This document shows, one piece after another, positions 53,868-64,000 of a DNA stretch of 64,000 nucleotides (positions are counted from its first letter, which is position 1; every line of letters starts with the position of its first letter). The notes under the pieces are model-generated. The model did not search any database. It saw only the letters and a list, made by a program, of their open reading frames with translations, and had not been told where the DNA came from. The stretch is from the NCBI GenBank assembly GCA_964016885.1, contig OZ024757.1, forward strand, positions 35,898,001-35,962,000, given 5' to 3'. This DNA is from Eledone cirrhosa. Its lineage: Eukaryota. Position numbers and translations under genes: made by a program.

Positions 53868-55199
53868 GTAAGTCAGTTGAACAAACACTCCTTCTATCAC
53901 ATTTGACTTGCTACATACCTCCCCGTCTCCCTCCCGTAAACATACAACTCTGCTGCCCCTCTACTCTCCTTTAAATTATTCTTAATTATATTCTCGCTTA
54001 ACACCCTGTAATTATTTAGCAGAAACAAAATTTAATAAATGGATTTGTTAATTCAAATGTTTATAGAGTCTTTACTAGTGGACAGATTCTAGTGAATATT
54101 TACAGTATTATCTCTTAACATCCTGTAATGATTTAGCAATCACACATAGGACGTTGTTACAATCAACATTGAGGTCACAGTCATCATCATGTCACAGTCA
54201 ACATTGTGTTAGTCATCGCTGTGTCATAGTCATCATTGTGTTAGTCACCGTGTCACAGTCAACATTGTGTTGCAGTCATTGTGTCACAGTCAACATTGTG
54301 TTACAGTCAACCTCGTGTCACAGTCAACATTGTGTTACAGTCATTGTGTCACAATCTCCACTACGTCACACACACAAGATTCTGTGTCATGTATGGAAAT
54401 ACTTTGTGACGTGAGTGTGAATCTCCCTGAGAAATACAATCTGTCAACAGAATGTAGCATATCAATATTTATAAATATGGCCAATTTCTGTCATACACAG
54501 TTATAGAGATAAGTCAGAATATCACGACCATACTGAATCTCTCTGAAGACTACTCTAACCCCTATCACTAGCCATCTCTATCAAACGAAACACCCATTTT
54601 AAAGGGTTCCTATTTTAATTAAAACCTTCTAACAATAATTTTAGTAAGCCCCTCCAAATTCTTCATTCATTCATTTATTAATTAAAATACTAATTAGAAA
54701 TGTTATGAAAGGGTTAAAGGGGCACATGTTTGGTGAATGCTCAGCCATTTGCATATTAATTTCATGAGAAGGTTGTTCCCACCGCCAACTACCTCACTGT
54801 CTCTCCATATCTGACCATCTCCATCTAAGTCTCAAGACAAGTGATTCACAAAATTATCTTGTCGAAACCCTCCTCTGATTTCCCAGACTTTACAGAGTCC
54901 ACACAACACCCCCACCACCACTGGTTTAGAATAGCTACATTGTATCCCTGTGTGTCATGGCGTGGTGTAGTGTGGTGTGGTGGGGCGTGGTGTAGTGTGG
55001 TGTGCTGTGATATGGCATGGTGTAATGTGTAGTGTGGTGTGGCATGGTATGGTGTAGTGTGGTGTGGGATGGTGTGGTGTGGTGTAGTGGACTATATGTT
55101 AAAGATAACAGCTGGGTTATGTAGGAGGAATGTCCTGGGCCTAAATCACAAGATATACAACCTGGCTGTGGCAATAACTGAAGAAATAATATTTTTCTT

Positions 55200-55565
55200 C
55201 TCTACATCCCCTCTTTGTTCTATTGTTTTGGGACCTCCTGTCATTGAAACTGGCTTACATTACTGGTTATCTTCCCCTCAGTTACTCCTGTGCATCTTCT
55301 ACAAAGTCTTCCCTTCCTGTTAGTCTACTCTTTATCCCACTATATCTCTTGTGTACATCATATGGAGTTTATGCCTACTCCCTTTCTACATATTGAGTAA
55401 GGCCACTTCCCTGAAGGAATCAGGGGTCCTATCTTCTCTCTTATTCACACTTTAGTTTTGCCTAAGTTTACTCTCAGGCCTTTCAATTGTAAATTCTGTT
55501 TCAATAGTCAGAACTTATTTTCTATGTCTTTAATGGATTTGGTTATAAGAACCAGATAATCTGCA

Positions 55566-55570
<5 letters not shown>
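55200..55570 (-). mobile_element. Old RTE RT remnant
   Basis: Minus strand reads ADYLVLI...QNLQLKGLRVNLGKTKV-like. Confidence 0.55.
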
Positions 55571-55627
<57 letters not shown>

Positions 55628-56092
55628 GGTACAAAGTTGTAGCTGCAATATGACAGATAACAAATTATTTGAGGCAATCACAAAACACTCAATGGTGTAT
55701 AAAGTTAATACATTTCTCACCCAGAGTTAACATAAAGTTATACAAGTGTGACACCATGAATATATTGACTAGGTGTACGTAGCCATAGTATATAACCTCA
55801 ACAATGACAAATACCAACAAGTAGAAGACATAATTTTAGTTATTTACCCACCTTATTGTCTGTTTTTGTAAAATTTCACAAAATGTTTTTTTTTGTTTTT
55901 TGTTGTTTTTTTCTATTTAGTTGCATCCTTATATATTTAAATTTCTCCATTTCGGCTGACTTTGCCTTTCATAACTTCCAGGCAACAATAAAATGAAGTT
56001 ATAACTTTATAAATTACAGTGTGTGTCACCAACACTGCACTAGCATGTATAAATATGTACACACATCTAATATGTAGGCATGTAAACATGCT

Positions 56093-56125
<33 letters not shown>

Positions 56126-56354
56126 GTAAGTCCCGGCTTAACCACAGTAAGGTACTCAATACATTAGTAGAGTGTATACAACAAAATTTAATATAGAAAT
56201 GGCTTCTACAGAACTAGAACTGTTTCATTCGAAGGAAATAATCAGGAAAGCCCTTTCTTGATGATTTCCTTTGAATAAAACAGTTCTGTAAAAGACATTT
56301 CTATATTAAATTTTGTTTTATATATATATATGTGTGTGTATATATATATATGTA

Positions 56355-57580
56355 TGGGTGCATAAAAGATGTAGTGGGATCACAGGTAAGCTAACTAAGA
56401 ACATAGATTTTACATGTGGCCGGTGCTCTGGTGCAATAAGTAGCAGCAAGTACCCACAAAATACTAGCTCCTTCAACTGCGCAGAGGGTTCTATAGAAAT
56501 AGTGGACAGCTTCCGTTACCTGGGTGACAAAATCAGCAGTGGGGGAGGGTGCTCTGAAAGTACAGTAGCTAGAGTCAGAACTGGATGGAAAAAGTTCAGA
56601 GAGCTTATACCACTATTAGCCGCTAGAGGGTTCTCCCTAAAAATGAATGGCAGGTTATACGATGCCTGCATACGAACAGCAATGCTGCATGGCAGTGAGA
56701 CCTGGGCATTGTGTGCAGAGGATATACGCAGACTAGAGAGGAACGAAGCTTGCATGCTCCGCTGGATGTGCAATAGTAATATACGTGAACGGCAAAGCAT
56801 AAACGAACTAAGGAAAAAATTAGAAATAAGAGGGATCAGATGTTGTTTACTCGAGAGAAGGCTACGTTGGTACGGTCACGTGATGCGCATGAAAGACGAC
56901 AGCTGTATAACAAAGTGCAGGGCAATAAAGATAGACGGTAGCCACGGAGTAGGCAGACCCAGAAAAACATGGGACGAGCTGATAAATTCCGACCTCACAC
57001 GCTTACACCTCTCCAAGACAATGTCACTGGACTGAGACCTTTGGCGGTACTCAGTAATAGAGAAGACCCGCCTTACCTAAATACAAAGTAAAAACCTACT
57101 ACAGTCAGTAGCCATCTCTATCAAAACACACCCCCATCCCACCACCTCCACCCCATCCACACCACCCCTTTCAATGTAAAGTTATGTTGGTCCCACAACA
57201 TCCAGGCCGAAACAAATGAGATCGTGTAGGTGTCACGACAAAAAAACACACAGTCCACGCTGTAAATGTGGCCGTGTAGGCAACACGGTAAAAACCTCCC
57301 AGCCCCACACTGTAAATGTGGTTGGTGTTAGGAAGGGCATCCAGCTGTAGAAAACCCGCCAGACAGTCCACGCTGTAATGTGGCCGTGTAGGCAACACGG
57401 TAAAAACCTCCCAGCCTCACACTGTAAATGTGGTTGGTGTTAGGAAGGGCATCCAACTGTAGAAAACCCGCCAGACAGTCCTATGCGAGCAAGACAACCA
57501 CTCTTGCTTCAAGTGGGAAAACCCCCGTCCAAACCCATGCAAGCGTGGAACACGGACGCTAAACCTGATGATGATGATGA
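56355..57580 (+). mobile_element. Second 5'-truncated copy of the young RTE LINE
   Basis: Highly similar to about 19105-20220; CGA>TGA stop at 57033-57035; about 113-bp tandem duplication in the 3' UTR. Confidence 0.95.
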
Positions 57581-57776
57581 TATAACGAAGGAAATGTGGT
57601 AAGGAACCAGGTGGACCATAACGCACCAAAGTACTCAATACTTAGGGTAGTAGAGTGGGTAATAGGAACAAGTAAGACCCCGAGGGCTGAGCTCAAGCCA
57701 TTTCGTCGGCTAATTCTGAGTCCAGAATTAGCCGTCGAAACGGCTTGAGCTCAGCCCTCGGGGTCTTACTTGTTCC

Positions 57777-57780
<4 letters not shown>
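57581..57780. mobile_element. Small (TA)n-inserted element ending in a hairpin with about 56-bp arms; relatives at about 4004-4140 and 58380-58525
   Basis: taggaacaagtaagaccccgaggg...aattctg-agtc-cagaatt...ccctcggggtcttacttgttccta. Confidence 0.75.
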
Positions 57781-57810
<30 letters not shown>

Positions 57811-58254
57811 TATATATACTAGCAAAAGAGCTTGTCGTTGCCAGGCATATCTTTCCACCATTACCTTTCTGCAGCGTCTGTCTTATCATATCACGCACCT
57901 TACTCCTACTGTCACTGTTGTCTGTACTCTTACTTCTATCACAGCTTTCTCCCACCAACACTGCCACTTTTATATAGCTACTCCTACTATGGCTGTAGTT
58001 GCTGCTCCTACAAGTACCCTGTCTGTCCCGTTCTCTCTCTTTCTCTCGTCCTCCACCCTTGCTACTGTCAATACACACCTGCTTCTCCTCAACATGGCCA
58101 TCTTTAAATAGCCCCAGAACTGATATTTTAGGGGAGAGCAAGATTTCAACTATATGTTGACATGCTCTGGGAGCTAAATAACCTATGTATCAAATTTGAA
58201 CAAAATCGGATGGAAACTGTGGAAATGCATCGCCTGCATAAAGACATTTTCGTT

Positions 58255-58286
<32 letters not shown>

Positions 58287-59310
58287 TACACCAATGCTCT
58301 TGACAACTACAATCTTCCCATATAAAGAAGTACCCCTTGAAAAGTTTGGCAATTTATTTACCAGGCTAAAAATTCTAATTTAGTCCAGAAATAGCTGTCA
58401 AAACGGTTTGAGCTCTGCCATCAGGGGTCATACATTTTCCTATTACCCACTCTACTACCCTAAGTATTGAGTACTCTGGTGCATTATGGTCCATCTGGTT
58501 CCTTATCACAACTCCTTCGTTATATATATATATAAATATATATGATAACTGCCACTTTACAAATTCCCTGCTATTACGAACCACCATCAACTGCAGATTG
58601 CTGGTCAGTTTGATATCTGAACAGGCTTTGTTTAGGTCAGTTTTTTTAGACCCTTCCCTTATGGTATGGCTGAGCAGTGTGTCGACCAAAAGAGCTGCTC
58701 AAGACCCTGCCGAAGCATATTGCTGGTCAGGTTAACTGTGCAGCAATGTTAAGATAGGACTCAAGCCACCCAGTATATAGTAGATCTGTGATTATATGTT
58801 TCTAGTCAGCACACATTGCCACAGCTGTGGGACTTGTGAAGAAGTATCTACACATAAACATGGCAGTGCTACATGTTTTTGCTACTCATATAACACTGGC
58901 TCCATCCCCACAGGTGTCCAGTGACAAGATAGGACAGTTGCGAGGATCACATGTGTTACTGTCATGGAGTTTCACCTAGCTGTACTCACCATGTTTGGCC
59001 AATTATAGGCTATGTAACCCGTAGTTGGGGTGGATGGCCATTGACTCTGTGGAGTTCATCCACCCTTTGACAGCTCTTGTTTTTGTACTGCTGGGGTTCC
59101 ACTTACCCTCCTCATCAGACCAGGGCTTTTTTGGAGGGGGGGGGGGTGAATGTACTGGGCTACATGGTACCAGTAGCAGGCAGAGACCTGGTCTGACCTT
59201 ACATATATATATATATATATATATCCAAAAGTGTGTGACCCTTTGCCAATTTTAGAAATTATTATTGTTATTATTTATGTTATTATTGTTGTTATTGTCA
59301 TCATCATTAA

Positions 59311-59825
59311 TAAGGCAGTAGATGGGCAGAATCAGTAGAGCATCGGACAACAAGCTTTGCGGCATTTTCTTATAGCTCTTTATGTTCTGAGTTCAAATCC
59401 CGCCGAGGTTAGCTTTGCCTTTCATCCTTACAGGGTTGATAAAATAAAGTACCAGTTACACACTGGGGTCAATTCAATCGACTTTTCCCTCTCCCCAAAT
59501 TACTGGCCTTGTGCCTGAATCAGAAACCATTGTTAATGTTGTTATTGTTCCATTCTCATCATCATCATCATTATTATTATTATATTTGTTGTTATCATCC
59601 TTAATAAGGCAGTGGGTGGGCAGGGTCGGTAGAGCGTTGGACAAAATGTTTTGCAGCATTTTGTTACAGCTCTTTACATTCTGAGTTCAAATTCCCCCCC
59701 CCCCCCTTCAAGATTAACTTTGCCTATAATTTAAAGTACCAGTAATGCACTGGGGTCGATTTAATCAATTTTCCCCCTGCCACTTCAAATTGCTGGCCTT
59801 GTGCCTAAAGAAGAAACAATTATTA
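59311..59825 (+). mobile_element. SINE family A, two copies
   Basis: Family A head and core. Confidence 0.8.
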
Positions 59826-60390
59826 TGTGAAACTTCCATGGAATTCTTTTCCTAATGTAATCAAGTGTCAACCTGACACCTGAGGCAAAATCTGGTAATC
59901 CACACATTTTACAGTCAATTGTCACACAAATGATGCCATAAGGACACAAACAACAGTAAATGTCTTTGCAAGGTATTTAAATTGATATTGCCCTTCTCAG
60001 GAAATAGACAGTACCTACCAGTCAGCATTATTTTTTCTATCTCTAGTTGAGATCACTTTCCAGGAATCTGGTCCAGATATTATTCAGTTCCCTTATCATT
60101 CCAAGTTTGCCGACTATCACTGGTATTGTACAGGCCTTAAGATGCCACATTTTCTCAATTTCATTTGATAGATCTTTATATTTACTGAGCTTTCGGAACT
60201 CTTTCAAGGAGATGTTATGATCTGATAGAATGCTCATGTCAATTAAGAAACATGTTTTCTCTTTATGGTCCTTCACAATTATATTGGGTCAATTGGCTTT
60301 AATCATTCTGTTGGTTTTCACGGGGAAATCCTAGAGGATTGTCACATTCTTGCTTCTTGTTACTGCATCTGGATGATGCTTGGACCCTTT
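59826..60390 (-). mobile_element. 3' end of an R4/Dong-like non-LTR element (restriction-like endonuclease); related 3' UTR at about 39380-39600
   Basis: PNIIVKDHKEKTCFLIDMSI.SD.NI..KE..KLSKYKDL..EIEKMWHL..IPVIVG; (TAA)n tail. Confidence 0.75.
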
Positions 60391-60479
60391 TTTCATGCTG
60401 TAAAACCTGCATATTATCCAGGAATCTTTTAAAATGGGTGGTTTTGTTTCATAGAACCAGAGCTGGTTTTGGCGGGGTT

Positions 60480-60795
60480 GCTATCAGAAAGGGTTAAACC
60501 AACAGGACCCTTTAAAATGGCAGGGTTAGTATCAGAAAGAGTTAAATCAACAGGACCCTTTAAAATGACAGGGTTGGTATCAAAAGGGTTAAACCAACAG
60601 GACCCTTTAAAATGACAGGGTTAGTATCAGAAAGGGTTAAACCAACAGGACCCTTTAAAATGGCAGGGTTGGTATCAAAAGGGTTAAACCAACAGGACCT
60701 TTTAAAATGGCAGGGTTGGTATCAAAAGGGTTAAACCAACAGGACCCTTTAAAATGACAGGGTTGGTATCAAAAGGGTTAAATCAACAGGACCCA
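60480..60795. repeat. 47-48-bp minisatellite built from a MITE end (aaagggttaa)
   Basis: About 6-7 copies of gggttaaaccaacaggaccctttaaaatgrcagggttggtatcaaaa. Confidence 0.85.
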
Positions 60796-60995
60796 CAAAT
60801 TACTTCAAAATAGTTGAAATAATTGTTTTTTTTTTGTTTTTTTTTTATCTTTTTCTTTTAGTTTGATGTTGATGACAATGATGATGATGATGATAAATTG
60901 CCTGTAAAACCGTAAAATTGGTGTTTTTTGAAATTGTGTTGTAGCTATTATATGCTGGTTAATCTGTCTTATAGCTTCTTTCTGCTTACTTACAG

Positions 60996-61094
60996 ACAGG
61001 AATGCCACCACCAACTACCAAACGTGACCACTGCCTCAAAGAGTTGGTTGACACAGAGAAAAATTATGTTGAAGCCCTAGTAATGATTGTGAAT
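60996..61094 (+). CDS. VAV: Vav exon 6 (start of DH domain): TGMPPPTTKRDHCLKELVDTEKNYVEALVMIVN
   Basis: cttacttacag acceptor, AAT|gtaagt donor, 99 nt, phase 0-0. KR..CL.E...TE..Y is DH conserved region 1. Confidence 0.93.
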
Positions 61095-62966
61095 GTAAGT
61101 AATCTTCATGACACTGTTTGTTCCTATTGGGTTGAGAATGTGGGGTAATACCTTCCTCTACCTCCTTCCTGGCTTTCCAGACAGGTCCTGAACCCTTGGA
61201 GTCATAGGGGTATCATCCTGAGACATAGCGTGTCGTAGGCTTTTCAAAACCAGACCCCTTTTCTAGGTTGGAAAACTATGGATTTTTTCCAGAGAGGAAG
61301 AGACAGAGTGATATATTAATATAACTTTCTCATTATTTATCTGGTGTTTGGAGCATAACTTAATGAAGGTTCCTGCATAAAATTATGATGGAAGGATTTT
61401 ATATAAATACGAACACTTTAACCATTTAGTTACCCTATTTCTAATGAAAGACACTGACTATAATTTTCAAATAATTCTGAAAATAATCAACAATTTTGAA
61501 GGATTTAGTAATATAACCAACTTTCTCATTATTTATCTGATGTTTGGAACATAACTTAACAGAGGTTAATATCAAATTATGATACAGGTTTTAAAAAAAA
61601 TAGATATAAATACTTTAATATAAGAAGTTTGGTGTGATAGAAGCAGGGTCAGTTCTAGGCAGGTTTGGTGTGATTGTCCCGTAACCCCTTTTTTGGAGTC
61701 ATAGGAGCATCATAGTGATATAAAGTGTCTCATCTGTATATTTCAACCTGGCAGAGTCCATCCTTCACCAGATCTGTGTACAGCAGATTTCTTCCAGAGA
61801 AAGATAAAGTGAGAGAATGGAAGTGAAAAAGAGATATAGAGGAAGGATTGACCCCAGTACAGAGCTGGTACATTTTTTTTATTGACCCTGAAAGGATGAA
61901 AGGTAAATTTGACCTTGATGGGATTTGAACTGACAGGGATGAAAACTGCAAAGCAATCTATCCTCCTTCGTTCTAACAACACTGCCAGTTCTCTGCTATG
62001 AAAGAATTCCACCAAGGTAGACTCTACCTTTCATTCTTTCTGGAGTTGATAAAGTACACAGCTTTGTGAGTTTGGTATTGATGTATAGCTGGAACATATT
62101 GATGTATAGCTGGAACATATTGACAACTGTGTGTGTGTGTGTGTGTGTCAGTAGGTGTCAATGTGTGCATGTATGGCTGTTTCAGTGTGTGTAGTATGTT
62201 TGTGTAGTGTGTACATCTGTGTGTATGTGTGTGTGTTTGTGTGTGATGTATGACAGGAGGGTAGGGTGTATAGCTACAACCTATATATGACCTTATCCCC
62301 TCCCCCAGTAATATGACATCTGATGACTATTATAGTACAAATGTGGTCCACATAGATATATTTTTTGTGTCACCTCTCAATATCTTCACAGTAATATGGT
62401 CCACATAGATATATTTTTTGTGTCACCTCTCAATATCTTCACAGTAATATGGTCCACATAGATATATATTTTGTGTCACCTCTCAATATCTTCACACTCA
62501 ACATCCTCAAATAATTTAGCAGAAAAATATCTAAAAGCAGATTTGTTAATTCAAATGTTTATAGCATCTTTAGTGGACAGATTATCATAATCATCATCGT
62601 CAGGTCATTATGAAAATTTACAGTATAAAATAAAGACCTTAATTCTTAATGTTATGTAGTCATTTTTTTCTCCTAAATGTTGTATGTGCAATATTGTTAA
62701 CTCTGAACATCCTTTAATGATTTAGCAGCAATTATCTAAAAACGAGTTTGTTAATTCAAATGTTTATAGTATCTTTATTAGTGGACAGATTTTTGTGAAT
62801 ATTTGCAGTATTAAAAGTAAATACTTCAATTTTTATTATTATTCAGTCACAGTTATGTTTTGTACTTTACAAGAATGCTTTGTTAATGTGGTTTCATGTG
62901 GAACAGGATGTTAAGAGTAAATAATTATCAAAATGTTAATTGTATGTATTTATTTCCATCTTTCAG

Positions 62967-63035
62967 CATTTTAGTAAACCTCTCCGAACTGTCTTACAAC
63001 CACAAGACCGAGAAATCATATTCAAGCACATAGAA
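62967..63035 (+). CDS. VAV: Vav exon 7 (DH): HFSKPLRTVLQPQDREIIFKHIE
   Basis: tttcag acceptor, GAA|gtatgt donor, 69 nt, phase 0-0. Resembles VAV1 HFLKPL...L.PQD.EIIF.NIE. Confidence 0.93.
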
Positions 63036-63199
63036 GTATGTATCATCTTTATAATTTCTCTGTCCCAATCAAGTTTAAATTATGATATATATAAAATAGT
63101 AATAATAAATACTAAGATCCAAAACTAAATCCGACTCAATAAGGAATATATAAAAGTATATAGAAACCTGTAAATATATATTATTAACACAGACCTCAA

Positions 63200-63470
63200 T
63201 TAACAAAAAATACACCAACCTACTGAAAGAAACTTACACCAACTCAACAGCATATATCAAAACAGACTTGGGAACTACACACTGTATAGACATCTTGAAG
63301 GGAGTTAAACAGGGAGTTGTACTATCGACACTTCTTTTCTGTATAGTTATAGCTGCACTTATCTACCAAATTGAAGAGGAATGCACCTCTAGCTATCAAA
63401 TAGGAGGTAAAATCCTATCAAATCTTAGCTATGCAGACGGTCTAGCTATCATGAGTTACTCTAGAACTGA
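63200..63470 (+). mobile_element. RTE-like RT fragment
   Basis: GVKQGVVLSTLLF...LSYADGLAI. Confidence 0.7.
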
Positions 63471-63473
63471 TAT

Positions 63474-63809
63474 CATCATCACTTTACGTCCACTTTTCCC
63501 TGCTTGCAAGGGTGGGACGGGAACTGATTCTGGCTTGATTTCAACAGCTGGATGCCCTTCCTAACACCAACCTCATTTACAGTGAGTGCTGGGTGCTTTT
63601 TTTCCGTGGCACCTCCACGACCACTTTGCAGTGGAATGATAGGGACTGGGACCTCAGTCCCTATCATCTCATTTCTACAGCTGAGTAAACTGGAGCAATG
63701 TGAAATAAAGTGTCTTGCTCAAGGAAACAACACATCACCCGGTCTGAAAATTGAACTCACAACCTTTCGATTGCAAGGCCAATGCTCTAACCACTAACCA
63801 TGAGCCTCC
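63474..63809 (-). mobile_element. SINE family B, minus orientation
   Basis: Reverse complement of the 14364 copy. Confidence 0.9.
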
Positions 63810-63840
<31 letters not shown>

Positions 63841-63893
63841 TATATCTATGTATAATCATGTTATTGTTTTTCTCTCCTTCTCTCATTGTCTAG

Positions 63894-64000
63894 CCTCTCT
63901 TGGAAGTTCATCAAGCCTTTCACAGTGAACTATTGAAAGCCTGTTCGAAAGGTGTCCCTAAAATTAGTGAGGTATTCATCAAACATAAACCTAAATTTCT
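63894..64000 (+). CDS. VAV: Vav exon 8 (DH), runs off the window: PLLEVHQAFHSELLKACSKGVPKISEVFIKHKPKF(L)
   Basis: Long pyrimidine tract + gtctag acceptor, phase 0, open to the window end. Resembles Vav LL.VH..F....VFIK.K..FL. Confidence 0.9.

Noticed and set aside
60996-60999. Alternative acceptor 4 nt into exon 6 (tacagACAG)
   Set aside because: It would need a phase-1 upstream exon; none was identified.

Overview
AT-rich, microsatellite-laden animal genomic DNA. The SINE and LINE repertoire suggests an octopod cephalopod (inference). The window is almost all intron of one + strand gene, a Vav-family Rho/Rac GEF. Nine small GT-AG exons (10267-64000) splice in frame into the end of the CH domain, the acidic (Ac) autoinhibitory region and the start of the DH domain. 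Exon 1 was not found and is presumably upstream; the rest of the gene lies downstream. Exon numbers follow the vertebrate VAV1 layout. Main findings: (1) both Ac-region exons that carry the regulatory tyrosines are present as diverged tandem duplicates (4a/4b, 5a/5b), and 5a/5b must be mutually exclusive by phase; (2) a candidate long-range RNA pairing brackets exon 4a; (3) several minimal type-I hammerhead ribozyme motifs sit in (TA)n-inserted Penelope-type or palindromic elements, two of them on the sense strand between exons 4b and 5a; (4) an RTE-type LINE shows a precise twin-priming-style 5' inversion. The introns also hold RTE, CR1-like, R4/Dong-like and Penelope remnants, a deleted DD37D maT transposon, MITEs, two tRNA-derived SINE families and many mini/microsatellites. 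All alignments and folds were done by eye; repeat boundaries are approximate.
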